Source: Ostreococcus lucimarinus
Taxonomy: Eukaryota
Direction: 5' to 3' (one strand)
DNA length: 64,000 bases
Assembly: GCA_000092065.1 (NCBI GenBank)
Contig: CP000586.1
Part shown: in pieces, positions 10,397-19,992 of the stretch
Layout of the letters: each line of letters begins with the position of its first letter
Numbering within the stretch: the stretch's first letter is position 1
Position numbers and translations under genes: made by a program
Notes under the pieces: model-generated
What the model was told of the DNA's origin: nothing
Databases searched by the model: none
Seen by the model: only the letters and a program-made list of their open reading frames with translations

Positions 10397-10525
10397 CTGT
10401 TCGCGTCGCGATGCGCGTGCGGGGCGCGATCGTTCGTCAGTCTTCCCTTCGTCGCGATGCGCGTTCGATCGCGTCGGTGGCGCGCGCGGTTCGACGGCGG
10501 TGATTTCGATTCGCGTCGCGCGTAC
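10397..10525 (-). other. RPL14: RPL14 intron 1 (129 nt, in-frame with no stop codon)
   Basis: Donor AAC|GTACGC, a gactgacga branch motif about 45 nt upstream of the acceptor, and acceptor cgaacag|AGA. Removing it gives MPFN-RNVEIGRV, which matches plant MGFKRFVEIGRV. Confidence 0.65.
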
Positions 10526-10537
10526 GTTGAAGGGCAT
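10526..10537 (-). CDS. RPL14: RPL14 exon 1, a 12-nt micro-exon (ATG CCC TTC AAC = MPFN)
   Basis: This is the only ATG that gives the conserved eL14 N-terminus after splicing. A GTACGC donor follows it directly. Confidence 0.6.
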
Positions 10538-10706
10538 GTCGTCGTTCGCGCGTCGGTGAGAGACGGCGACGCGCCGTCGTCGGCGCGATGCGGCCCCGCG
10601 CGACGGCGGTTTATTTACATGTAGGGTTTTCATTGATGGAGCGTTTTGTAGTTTTGTATGTGCGTCGTAACGACATCGCGTACACCGCGGCACACGCGCG
10701 CGCGCG

Positions 10707-12749
10707 ATGCCCGCCGACGCGCGGCGCGCGCGGCGACGCGCGCTCGACGCGCTCTTCTTCGTCGCCTGCGCGTCCTGCGTCGCCGGTCGCGCCGCGGCGC
10801 GCGCGAGCGCGGAAGATGTGCGCGCGATGGCGCGGCCCGCGGACGCGCGCGACGCGGTCTCGAGCGCGGTGCTCGCGGTGCTGCGCGCGCCGTGCGACGC
10901 GTACGCGAAATCGTTCGACGATGAAACCGCGGCGTCGCTGCGCGCGGGAGCGCGACGAGCGCTCGAGGCGCAGTGCGCGCGCGCAGGCGGGGACGAGACG
11001 CGGAGCGACGCGTGCGGGACGCTCGCGACGGTGGCGGACGGCGCGCGCGCGATGACGCGAGGAGAGGCGATGGGACACTTTAAGCAAGCGATGCACGAGA
11101 GCTGTCAATCGGGGGCGGCGGCGATGTCGGATCCGGAGAAGCGGGACGCGAGTGAGGCGACGCGGTACGTGCGCGAGGCGGTGACGCGCGCGGCGGAGGA
11201 GGAAGCGGTGGCGGGACGCACGGCGAGCGCGGGGAGATGGGAGGACGACGGGGGCGAGGGAACGTCGCCGGCGACGTCGGTGACGGAGGAAGGCGGCGAC
11301 GGGCGCACGGGTGATCGTGGAATGTGGGGATGGGATCGAGACGCGCCGACTCAAACGTCGGCGGAGGACGCGTTCGGGGCGGCGTCGAGCGTGGATTCGA
11401 TCAAGCATCGCGAGCGACAGGCGTTGGGTGACATGTACAGGCGTACGAACGGTGCGAAATGGCGCAGACGGGACGGTTGGATGTCCAGCAAGTCTTACTG
11501 CGAGTGGTACGGGGTGACGTGTCTCGAAAAGGATTTCGGCGTCGCCTTTGTGGATTTGCGAGACAACGGCATGGAGGGCGACATGCCGCAAGCGATCGAT
11601 GAATTGAAGCTTTTACAAGGACTGGACCTGTCGTATAATCGGCTCGAAGGACGTTTGAGCGCGATGCTCGGTGAGCTGAAGACGCTGCGGTACCTCTTGG
11701 TACGATCGAACGCGCTGTATTCCGACATTCCCGCCGGCTTGTTTAGGAAAGGCTCGCCGTTGACGCAGCTGGACCTGAGCGACAATTCTTTGTCTGGGGC
11801 GATTCCTGGACGCGAGTTTGTGTACTTGACAAGCTTGCGTATGTTCAATGTGTCAAACAACGCGCTCACGGGTACGATTCCGAACATCGCCTCGCTCCCA
11901 GCGTTGGAGATATTTTCGGCATCCACCAACGCGCTGCGTGGCGCTGTGCCTCACTTTGACGACGCCGCCAAGATTCGTTTCTTCGACGTGAGCAAGAATG
12001 CATTACATGGTTCGATTCCATCGCTTTCATCCGTACCGTCCTGGGTGTTGTTTGACGTCTCCCACAACTCCCTCACCGGCGAGCTCCCGCGGACAGCGCT
12101 TCCGCGAACGCTTCGCGTGTTCTCGTGCGCCAACAACAACCTGAATGGCACCGTGCCGCAAACGTTCGCTCAGCTGCCCAAGGTGGAGCACTTGGACTTT
12201 TCGGCGAATCAATTCACCGGCGCGTTACCCGCGAGCGTGTTGCAAAAAAAGACGCTGCGATACTTCAACGTCTCGCGGAACGCGTTCGAAGGCGAACTTC
12301 CGCGCTCGGTGTACCAAGGCGAACTCGAGCGTCAATCCATGAGACTGGAGGAATTTGACGTCAGTCACAACAAACTCACGGGTGCGCTGCCGCAGTCAAT
12401 CGTCGAGTTGGACCGCCTTCGTGTCATCGACGTCGCGCACAACGCGCTGAGCGGCGATTTACCTTCGCGTTGGGCCGTCGACCGCCTCGAGCGTCTCGAC
12501 GTCAAAGCCAACGCGTTCACGGGCGCCATCCCCACCATCCTCGCCAGAGCCACGCGCCTGCGCCACCTCGATTTGAGTCAAAACGCCCTCAGATCTCGCG
12601 CCAACTTAGCCGTGCTCACGATCCCCACCCTCGAGCACTTGGACGTCTCCGGAAACTCGCTCGATTGGAACGAAGCCGCCGCCGCGCCGGCGCCGAAAAT
12701 CGACCGAGCGCGCGCCATCGAACCCCCTTCGCTTCACGACGACCTCTGA
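10707..12749 (+). CDS. Secreted leucine-rich-repeat protein. It has a signal peptide and about 18 plant-type extracellular LRRs. No kinase domain or TM segment is present
   Basis: ATG at 10707. The N-terminus has a hydrophobic stretch (ALDALFFVACASCVAG). It is followed by repeated LxxLxxLDLSxNxLxGxIP units ending at 12749. Confidence 0.7.
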   Translation: MPADARRARRRALDALFFVACASCVAGRAAARASAEDVRAMARPADARDAVSSAVLAVLRAPCDAYAKSFDDETAASLRAGARRALEAQCARAGGDETRSDACGTLATVADGARAMTRGEAMGHFKQAMHESCQSGAAAMSDPEKRDASEATRYVREAVTRAAEEEAVAGRTASAGRWEDDGGEGTSPATSVTEEGGDGRTGDRGMWGWDRDAPTQTSAEDAFGAASSVDSIKHRERQALGDMYRRTNGAKWRRRDGWMSSKSYCEWYGVTCLEKDFGVAFVDLRDNGMEGDMPQAIDELKLLQGLDLSYNRLEGRLSAMLGELKTLRYLLVRSNALYSDIPAGLFRKGSPLTQLDLSDNSLSGAIPGREFVYLTSLRMFNVSNNALTGTIPNIASLPALEIFSASTNALRGAVPHFDDAAKIRFFDVSKNALHGSIPSLSSVPSWVLFDVSHNSLTGELPRTALPRTLRVFSCANNNLNGTVPQTFAQLPKVEHLDFSANQFTGALPASVLQKKTLRYFNVSRNAFEGELPRSVYQGELERQSMRLEEFDVSHNKLTGALPQSIVELDRLRVIDVAHNALSGDLPSRWAVDRLERLDVKANAFTGAIPTILARATRLRHLDLSQNALRSRANLAVLTIPTLEHLDVSGNSLDWNEAAAAPAPKIDRARAIEPPSLHDDL

Positions 12750-13021
12750 CGCTCGAACCGCCTAGACATCGATTTGTACCACTCGCCGCTATCATCGTAT
12801 TTCAACCTAATCTGTCCACCGCGCCAAGTCTCGCGCGAACGATCCATCGAACGCCGCGCGTCTTCGCGTTCGCGAAGCCCCGCGCCCGCCGCGGCTGGGA
12901 TTCGCTTTCAGATCGCGCACATTCCTCATTGCCTCGCGCGCGCGCGACCGAACCACGGCTCAGGCGCGCACGACGCGAACGATCACATCGCGTCGCACGT
13001 CACGCGCCGTCGCTCGGGGTC

Positions 13022-16000
13022 ATGGTGCGCGAGATCGTTCCGCAGTACACGAAAGTCTCGGCGAAGAAGCTGCGCGCAGCCATCGATGCGGGGGAAGATC
13101 TGTCCGACGACGACGCCGTGAGCGACGATCGCGACGCGAGCGACGAAGAGGGCGGTCGCGTGGGCGCGTTGGACGATCCCACGGCGAACGAGGACGACGA
13201 TCACGGCGATGAGGACGAACAGGACGAGGTTGAGGACGACGAGGATGAAGATTTCGACGAGGAAGACGAAGAAGACGAAGACGAAGGCGCGAAAGTCTCA
13301 AAGAAGAAAGGGAAACGGAAGAATCCGTTCGTGGATGACGTTGCGGAGGAAGACGATGACGACGATGAGGGCTCTGGGCGGAAGAAAACGTCGAAGAAGA
13401 AGAGGGGTGGGGCGAGATTCATCGACGACGTCGCCGACGTCGCCGACGCGGACGAAGACGAGGACGAGGACGAGGGTGAGGAGGATGAACCGTTGGATGA
13501 GGAGGAGCGCGATGCGTTGAGGAGAGACATGGACACGCGTCTGCACGCGCGGATGGAGAATCAAGGACAGTTTGAACGCATGGAGAACGAGGAGGAGTTG
13601 GAGCGCATGATCAAGGAGCGGTACGCGGCGCCGAGGTACGAAGCGGGGACGGGGCAGTTGGACGCCAACGTCGATCAGCAGGCGCTGCATCCGACGGTGC
13701 GTGATCCCAAGCTTTGGCTTGTCACGGTGAAGCTCGGGAAAGAGCGCGAGACCGTCGTGTGCTTGATGCAAAAGACGATCAACCTGGCCAAGCAAGGGAA
13801 ACCCCCCATGCAAATCTTGTCGTGCATCGCGCAGGATCACCTCAAGGGATACATCTACGTCGAAGCCGAGCGTGAAGATCATGTGCGAAAAGCGTTACAA
13901 GGAATGAGACACGTGTACCACGGTAAACCTGTTCGATTGGTGCCGATTAACGAAATGGTCGACTCGATCAGCGTCACAACAAAGGAAGTCTCCGTGGTCA
14001 AGGTGGATTCGTGGGTTCGCATGCGCACCGGCGTGTACAAGGGAGACTTGGCGCAGGTCGTCGACGTGAACTACGCCGATAACCAGTGTACGGTCAAATT
14101 GGTCCCGCGCATAGACTACCAGCACCTCGCCGATAAGGAATCAGGCAAGGCGAAGGGCAAGACAAAATCTCAAGTCCGCCCACCAGCGCGTCTTTTCGCG
14201 GAAGCCGAAGCCAAGCGATTGAATTTGTCTTTCGAAAGAGGCCGATACGATCGCAGCTTGGGTGCGAGCGTGGACGTATTGTGCAGCACGACGAAGCTCT
14301 TGGATGGGTATCACATGAAGACGTGCTCTTTAGCCACAGTCAAGCTCGCCGATGCGCCGACGTTGGATGAACTTCAAAAGTTCGCCATCGGTGACGACGA
14401 GGACGGTGAGAAGGGCGGTAACTCCAGCGGCGCGTTGGCCGCGCTGTCCAAAGCCGTCGGTACTCGCAAGACTGATTTGAAGTTCATGCCGGGCGACCAA
14501 GTAATCATCGTCGAGGGCGATTTGAGAAACCTTGAGGGCGTCGTCGAGCGAATCGACCCCGACGGACGCGTCGTCGTCAATCCGTCGCATAAAGAGCTGA
14601 ACGAGTTACTGACGTTCAAGTCCGAACAACTGCGAAAGCACTTCAAGACTGGTTCCACTGTGCGCGTGTTGCACGGAAAGCACGAGGGCGTGGTCGGTAT
14701 GGTGGTGAAGGTGGAACGCGACGTAGCGCACATCTTCTCGACGGTGAGTAACGAAGAGTTCCAAGTCTTCATGCACGATCTTGCCGATAGCGAAGAAACC
14801 ACGCAGCGTATCGACACGATTGGTGAGTACGCTTTGCATGATTTGGCGATGCTCGAAGGCTCTGAAGTCGGTTGCATCATTCGTGTCGAGAAGGATGTCG
14901 CCTTCGTCATGACCAATGCCGGCACCCCAGACCGACCCGAGATCAGGCCCGTAAAGCTTCATGAGTTGAAAAAGAAGCTGCTGAGTAGGAACATTTCCGC
15001 ACAAGACGCTCACATGGACACCATCGATCAAGGGTCGATGGTTCGCATCATAGACGGCAAGTACAAGGACACCACGGGTACGGTAGAGCACATCTTCAAG
15101 GGTACGCTCTGGATTCGAGCTCGGCACGTACAAGAACACGGCGGTATCGTTTGCATTCGCGCTCGAAATTGCGTGGCACACGGCGGTAACAAGGGTTCCC
15201 AAATTGGTGGTGGTCTGGCTGCCCAAATGATGGGCGCGCATGGCATGCCGCCGAAGTCTCCAGGTCATGCTCTCTTGCAGAGTTCGTACACTTCTGGTTT
15301 GCGTGGTGATTTGATGTCTCAAAGTCTTCAAGCTCCGAGAGCTGCACCACCACGTGCTTTTGGTGGACCTGGTCGCCGCGGCCAGGATCCGCTCATCGGT
15401 CAAACGAAGAAGGTTCGCGCTGGTGTGTACAAGGGATACATCGGACGCATCGTCGACGTCACCGACACGTCCGTCCGTCTCGAGCTTCAAGCGCAGGCAC
15501 GCACTGTTACGGTCAATCGCGAGCACTTAGACGTCCCACAAGTTGCCCCGAGTCGTGACTCTTTCTTGGCTCCTCGCGCGACGAGCATGTACGATGCTCC
15601 TGGCTCGAGAACTCCGGCGCACTACCCGATGACACCGGCTCACGGCGGCGGTATGACGCCAATGCACGGCGGTATGACGCCCGCGCGCGAGGCCGCTTGG
15701 AACCCCACCGCGACACCGGCGCACATCCAGGACAACTGGGAGCCGACGTCTACTGCAGGCACCGGGTGGGGTGCTGGAAATGTCGGTTACACGCCAGGCG
15801 GGTACGGCGACTCCAGCGCCCTGGCGGGTCCGACACCGAACGCATACGGCGTCGGCGCCACGCCAGGTGCCGCCTACGGTCAAACGCCCGGTGGATACGG
15901 TCAAACGCCTGGTGGGTACGAAGCAGATGAATACGTCGCCCCACCGGCGGCAGCGTCGTGGCCGGAAGATTACAAGGGTCGTTTCCTACCGGGTGTCGTC

Positions 16001-16345
16001 GTGCGTTTGACGAGTGGCGCGCAAGGTTACATCACCTCTGTCGCGCCGGCGGGTTCTAGTTTCAAGGTGAAAATCGGTACCTCGCGCCCGCGTGACGGTG
16101 TGGAGGTCTTAGAGACCGTGCCGAAGTCAGCACCCGAAGAGACCGTCACAGAACAAGAGCTCGAGATCGTGCGACCGGGAAAGAAGACGTCAGTCATCAT
16201 CGTCACCGATTCTGGAGACGCGTCCCGCGGCGACACCGGCGAGCTCATCACCATCGATGGTGTCGACGGTGTCGTGCGTTTAAGTAGCACGAATGACGTC
16301 GTACTCTTAGACATGTCGTGCCTGGCTCGTCGCTGGGTCGAATAA
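13022..16345 (+). CDS. SPT5: Transcription elongation factor SPT5 (DSIF large subunit)
   Basis: The real start is probably the ATG at 13022 (MVREIVPQY...). The ORF track extends it upstream to 12470, overlapping the LRR gene. It has an acidic N-terminus, an NGN domain (LWLVTVKLGKERETVVCLMQK), multiple KOW motifs and C-terminal repeats (TPAHGGGMTPMHGGMTP, GYGQTPGGYGQTPGGY). Confidence 0.85.
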   Translation: MVREIVPQYTKVSAKKLRAAIDAGEDLSDDDAVSDDRDASDEEGGRVGALDDPTANEDDDHGDEDEQDEVEDDEDEDFDEEDEEDEDEGAKVSKKKGKRKNPFVDDVAEEDDDDDEGSGRKKTSKKKRGGARFIDDVADVADADEDEDEDEGEEDEPLDEEERDALRRDMDTRLHARMENQGQFERMENEEELERMIKERYAAPRYEAGTGQLDANVDQQALHPTVRDPKLWLVTVKLGKERETVVCLMQKTINLAKQGKPPMQILSCIAQDHLKGYIYVEAEREDHVRKALQGMRHVYHGKPVRLVPINEMVDSISVTTKEVSVVKVDSWVRMRTGVYKGDLAQVVDVNYADNQCTVKLVPRIDYQHLADKESGKAKGKTKSQVRPPARLFAEAEAKRLNLSFERGRYDRSLGASVDVLCSTTKLLDGYHMKTCSLATVKLADAPTLDELQKFAIGDDEDGEKGGNSSGALAALSKAVGTRKTDLKFMPGDQVIIVEGDLRNLEGVVERIDPDGRVVVNPSHKELNELLTFKSEQLRKHFKTGSTVRVLHGKHEGVVGMVVKVERDVAHIFSTVSNEEFQVFMHDLADSEETTQRIDTIGEYALHDLAMLEGSEVGCIIRVEKDVAFVMTNAGTPDRPEIRPVKLHELKKKLLSRNISAQDAHMDTIDQGSMVRIIDGKYKDTTGTVEHIFKGTLWIRARHVQEHGGIVCIRARNCVAHGGNKGSQIGGGLAAQMMGAHGMPPKSPGHALLQSSYTSGLRGDLMSQSLQAPRAAPPRAFGGPGRRGQDPLIGQTKKVRAGVYKGYIGRIVDVTDTSVRLELQAQARTVTVNREHLDVPQVAPSRDSFLAPRATSMYDAPGSRTPAHYPMTPAHGGGMTPMHGGMTPAREAAWNPTATPAHIQDNWEPTSTAGTGWGAGNVGYTPGGYGDSSALAGPTPNAYGVGATPGAAYGQTPGGYGQTPGGYEADEYVAPPAAASWPEDYKGRFLPGVVVRLTSGAQGYITSVAPAGSSFKVKIGTSRPRDGVEVLETVPKSAPEETVTEQELEIVRPGKKTSVIIVTDSGDASRGDTGELITIDGVDGVVRLSSTNDVVLLDMSCLARRWVE

Positions 16346-16394
16346 TAGTGCTGTTGAAATACGTTTACTACACAAGTCCGATTGAGCCTAAATT

Positions 16395-17285
16395 CTATTT
16401 CGCTTCCACTCCGCCGACGTCGTTTTCGTTTTCGACGCCCCCTAAAACTTTTGCGCACCCGAAGTCGGTTTGCATACACGAAGTGTACGTTTGACGCTGG
16501 AGTTTCACCAAAGGTCCGACTATAGGAGCGTTTTCCCAAATCGGGCCGTCCGGAAGGTAGTCCCGATGGTAAACAATCTTCCGCGATTCCGGATTGGCGT
16601 TGAACTTTAAAACGCTTATCCCGGATATGTTTCGAAGCGGCCCCGTCCCGAGCAACATATCTAACCTCCACGTCGCGACGTAAGAGTCCGCTTGGCACAC
16701 TTCCTCGTCGACTGTCAAATACTGCCTCGAAAAATCGAATTGATTCCTCAAATATCGCTCCATATTTCTCTTTCCGTGAATCTTCGTCAAGCCAGGGCCG
16801 TCGACGTAATCAAACGCCTCGTCGTCGTAATTCGCCAAGCATCCCGTCTCCCAATTATCTTGATTACACATCATCACGCTCCTCGCCGCTTCCAATCGCT
16901 CGGTCGACATCGTCCCACACTGCCCAGTAGGCGCGCCGACGCTTCCTCCGAATTTCTCCGCGCTCGCCGCGTCCCGCGCCGCGAACGCGCTCGCCACGAG
17001 CGCCATCGCGCACACCGATTTCCCGATCGCCGCGAACGCCTCGTCGACGAACGACGCGGTCGACGTCGACGCGTCGCGTCCATCGCGTCCGCGTCCGCCA
17101 TCGTCGCGCGTCGTCGCCGGTTCCGTCGACGTCTGCACCGGTTCCTTCGCCTCGACCGCGTTTCGCGCGACGTCGCGGACGCGCGCGCGCGGCGCCCGCG
17201 ACCGAACCGGCCGTCCGACCGTCGCGCGCGCGCGTCCGCGACCACACGCGCGCGTCGCCGGCGCGAGAGAGGCGGCGCGCGTCAT
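16395..17285 (-). CDS. NTF2/SnoaL-like fold domain protein with an N-terminal transit-peptide-like extension rich in Ala, Arg, Ser and Thr. Function unknown
   Basis: First ATG within the ORF at 17285 (MTRAASLAPATRA...). Upstream, the ORF track runs on to a non-ATG start and overlaps the GluRS gene. The C-terminal 200 aa have ordinary, non-biased composition. Confidence 0.55.
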   Translation of the reverse strand: MTRAASLAPATRACGRGRARATVGRPVRSRAPRARVRDVARNAVEAKEPVQTSTEPATTRDDGGRGRDGRDASTSTASFVDEAFAAIGKSVCAMALVASAFAARDAASAEKFGGSVGAPTGQCGTMSTERLEAARSVMMCNQDNWETGCLANYDDEAFDYVDGPGLTKIHGKRNMERYLRNQFDFSRQYLTVDEEVCQADSYVATWRLDMLLGTGPLRNISGISVLKFNANPESRKIVYHRDYLPDGPIWENAPIVGPLVKLQRQTYTSCMQTDFGCAKVLGGVENENDVGGVEAK

Positions 17286-17424
17286 CGCGCGCTGCTCTGC
17301 CGTCGCGCGCCGCTTTCGGCGGTGCCGATTGTGGATAGAGTGTCCCGCGCGCGCGCGATCGGCCGCACAGGGACGCGCGCGCGCGACGCGAGCGACTGGA
17401 ACCGGCGTAGAAACACCGCGAACA

Positions 17425-19098
17425 ATGTCCGTGACGCCCAGCGCGCGCGTGTGCGCGATGCTGAGCTCGAGGCTGACGCACGCGACGCTCGAAAGACGCG
17501 CGTCGAGCTTGAGGTTTTCCAAAGCCGCGAACGCGCGAAGAAACGCGCGCGGTGCGACGATCACGGCGAGCGGGTTGAACATCACGCCGCCGGTGAGCGA
17601 TGGGACGGTGCGCGTGCGGTTTGCGCCATCGCCGACGGGGTCTTTACACGTCGGTGGCGCGCGCACGGCGTTGTTTAATTACCTGTACGCGAAGAAGATG
17701 GGTGGTAAATTCGTGCTTCGAGTCGAGGATACGGATCAAGCGCGATCGACGCGCGCGAGCGAAGATAGCATGGTTGCCGATTTGAAATGGCTTGGGCTGG
17801 ATTGGGACGAAGGACCCGACGTCGGTGGGCCGTGTGGGCCGTACAGGCAGAGCGAGAGAGGTGAAATTTACAAGGCGCTCGCCGAGAAGCTCGTGGCGAG
17901 CGGACACGTGTACCCGTGCTTTTGCACGGATGAAGAGTTGGAAGCGATGAAGGCTGAGGCAGAGGAGAAGAAGCTTCCGCCGAAGTACATGGGGAAGTGG
18001 GCCACGGCGAGTGAGGCGGAGGTGAAGGAAATGATGGACAAGGGAGTTCCGTTTACGTATCGCTTCCGCGTGCCGGAGGGCGAACGCATTGAAATCGACG
18101 ACATGGTGCGGGGTAAGGTTGGTTGGGATACGAACACGCTCGGCGATTTCGTGGTGTTGCGCTCCAACGGTATGCCCGTGTACAACTTTTGCGTCGCCGT
18201 GGACGACGCCACCATGGGAATCACCCACGTGTTGCGCGCCGAGGAGCACTTGCCGAACACGCTTCGCCAGGCGCTCGTGTACAACGCCCTCGGCTTCCCG
18301 CTTCCGACGTTCGCGCACATGTCCCTCATTCTCGCCCCGGATCGTTCCAAGCTTTCCAAGCGCCACGGTGCGACATCGGTCGGGCAATTCAAGGATGAAG
18401 GCTACCTGAGCAAGACCATGGTCAACTATCTCTCACTCTTGGGTTGGAACGACGGCACCGAGCAAGAAATTTATGAGAAGGCAGAGCTCGAGAAGCTCTT
18501 TAGCGTCGAACGCATCAACAAATCGCCCGCGGTGTTCGACAAGGTGAAGTTGAACTGGATGAATGGTCAGCATCTTCGCTTGCTTCCGGACGCCGACGTA
18601 GAGGCACTCGTTGGTGAGGCGCTGGTGGCTTCGGACTTGTTGAAGGAATCCTCCGGCGCGACGGTGCAAGCCATCATTCCTCTCATCAAAGAATCCATCG
18701 AACTCGTCGAGGACGCCGTTCCGCAGGTGCAAGCCATGTTTGAGTTCCCATTGAAGGAAAACATGGGCGATGATGCGATGAAGAAGGTGCTTGATGACGA
18801 TTTTGAACCTATCGTCGACGCCATTGTCAAGGCGCACGCGAGCGGCGAACTCGCCGCGGCGGTGAAGGAAGGCACGGTGAAGCAATTCATCAACGCCACG
18901 GGCAAGGCCCTCGATCGTAAGGGAAAGAGACTTTTTATGCCTTTCCGCATTGCGCTTACCGGTCGTATGCAAGGTCCGGATGTCGGTGAAGTGCTCACGC
19001 TTCTCGACAAAGCTGCCGGCTCGAGCGACAAGATTGTGTCGCTCGACGACAGAGTCGCCGCCCTCAAGGCGGCTTTCCCAGCCGCTGTCGCAAACTAA
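17425..19098 (+). CDS. Glutamyl-tRNA synthetase, bacterial/organellar type (class I), with an N-terminal organellar presequence
   Basis: ATG at 17425 (MSVTPSARVCAMLSSRL...). The position the track calls as a start, 17329, is TTG. HIGH-region HVGGARTALFNYLYAKKMGGKFVLRVEDTDQARS, and the ...KLSKRHGATSV KMSKS motif. Confidence 0.85.
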   Translation: MSVTPSARVCAMLSSRLTHATLERRASSLRFSKAANARRNARGATITASGLNITPPVSDGTVRVRFAPSPTGSLHVGGARTALFNYLYAKKMGGKFVLRVEDTDQARSTRASEDSMVADLKWLGLDWDEGPDVGGPCGPYRQSERGEIYKALAEKLVASGHVYPCFCTDEELEAMKAEAEEKKLPPKYMGKWATASEAEVKEMMDKGVPFTYRFRVPEGERIEIDDMVRGKVGWDTNTLGDFVVLRSNGMPVYNFCVAVDDATMGITHVLRAEEHLPNTLRQALVYNALGFPLPTFAHMSLILAPDRSKLSKRHGATSVGQFKDEGYLSKTMVNYLSLLGWNDGTEQEIYEKAELEKLFSVERINKSPAVFDKVKLNWMNGQHLRLLPDADVEALVGEALVASDLLKESSGATVQAIIPLIKESIELVEDAVPQVQAMFEFPLKENMGDDAMKKVLDDDFEPIVDAIVKAHASGELAAAVKEGTVKQFINATGKALDRKGKRLFMPFRIALTGRMQGPDVGEVLTLLDKAAGSSDKIVSLDDRVAALKAAFPAAVAN

Positions 19099-19197
19099 TT
19101 CGTTTTAATAACCAAGATCTTCTTAGGCAGAAAGGTTGTGTGCGTTGATGCTTGCTGTTTCGTCCCTACAAGAGCTAAATGTGGTCGGAAACGGCTC

Positions 19198-19992
19198 TCA
19201 TTCTACCGAGAAAGAGTCGTCTTGAGAGAGTTCGGTATCGGTGGGGGTAGGATCGGCGACTGGCGTCGGTGCCGGATCCTTCTTGGGGTAAGCTCGGGGC
19301 TGGTTCGACGATTGCACTTTACTCGTGATATCGGTCAAAGCACCGATCGTGCTGTCGAAGATGGACGGGATATCAATGCCCGTGCCGCTTTCGATGTTTT
19401 CGAGAGTGTTCTTGAACTTTTCTCGGCTCTCCTCGAACGCCAAGTAGTTGTAGGTGAAGTAGAGCGTGTAAGCGATACCAATGGTTTCCAGCGCGACATC
19501 CGCGATACCCGGCAAGATGGCCACGGATAACAAAAAGGAGCCGGCGATGATGGCGTAGAAGCCAAGATCGGCTGTTTCCTTGAGCGACTTTGAGCTCGCC
19601 GAGCGTCGCACCGGGCGTTGAGCCGGCTTGCGCGCGAAAGGTTTCGGTTTCGGTTTGCTCGCTACCATTGGTTTGCGTCGCACGATCGGCTTCTTCGCCG
19701 CGATCGGCTTCTTCGCCGCGATCGGCTTCTTCGCCGCGATCGGCTTCTTCGCCGCGATCGGCTTCTTCGCCGCGAACGACGGCTTCTTCGCCGCGACGGG
19801 CTTCTTGACGAGCGGTTTCGCCTTGGCCGCGAACAGTGGCTTCTTCGTCGCGACGGGTTTCTTCGCGACGACCTTCGGCTTAGGCTTCGCCTTGGGCTTA
19901 GGCTTCGCCTTGGGCTTAGGTTTCGCCGCAACCTTCTTGGGCAACACGAACGTCGGCTTCTTCTTCTTCTGCGTGCCCGATCCCGCGTCCAT
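19198..19992 (-). CDS. CURT1/CAAD-domain membrane protein with an N-terminal Lys/Ala/Pro-rich, histone-H1-like repeat region
   Basis: The ATG at 19992 is the first true ATG (20004 is GTG). The N-terminal 140 aa are AKPKPK repeats plus 5 copies of KKPIAA. The C-terminus has two TM helices and an amphipathic YTLYFTYNYLAFEESREKF, matching the CURT1/CAAD core ...YTLWFSTRYLLFKKNRE. Confidence 0.65.
   Translation of the reverse strand: MDAGSGTQKKKKPTFVLPKKVAAKPKPKAKPKPKAKPKPKVVAKKPVATKKPLFAAKAKPLVKKPVAAKKPSFAAKKPIAAKKPIAAKKPIAAKKPIAAKKPIVRRKPMVASKPKPKPFARKPAQRPVRRSASSKSLKETADLGFYAIIAGSFLLSVAILPGIADVALETIGIAYTLYFTYNYLAFEESREKFKNTLENIESGTGIDIPSIFDSTIGALTDITSKVQSSNQPRAYPKKDPAPTPVADPTPTDTELSQDDSFSVE
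19683..19772. repeat. Perfect 18-bp tandem repeat (cgatcggcttcttcgccg), 5 copies, with degenerate copies continuing to about 19870. It codes for the (KKPIAA)n part of the CURT1-like protein
   Basis: Five identical units in the sequence at 19683..19772. They lie in frame inside CDS 19198..19992. Confidence 0.9.

Noticed and set aside
10611-11591. 326-aa minus ORF antisense to the LRR gene, and similar antisense ORFs 13298..13882, 14606..15526 and 16692..17678
   Set aside because: Arg/His/Pro-rich antisense shadows of confidently identified genes.
12470-13021. Upstream extension of the SPT5 ORF that overlaps the 3' end of the LRR gene
   Set aside because: The track begins this ORF at a non-ATG start. 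The translated segment (GRRPPRASRRQSQRV...) is low-complexity. The first ATG with a sensible acidic SPT5 N-terminus is at 13022.
17329-17424. ORF-track N-terminal extension of GluRS (MWIECPARARSAAQGRARATRATGTGVETPRT)
   Set aside because: The codon at 17329 is TTG. This stretch overlaps the divergent upstream gene's 5' region. The first ATG, at 17425, gives a plausible presequence.
19683-19772. Regularly spaced identical 18-bp repeats, which superficially resemble a CRISPR array
   Set aside because: The repeats are contiguous with no unique spacers. They lie in frame inside a eukaryotic CDS, where they encode KKPIAA. The window is eukaryotic nuclear DNA.
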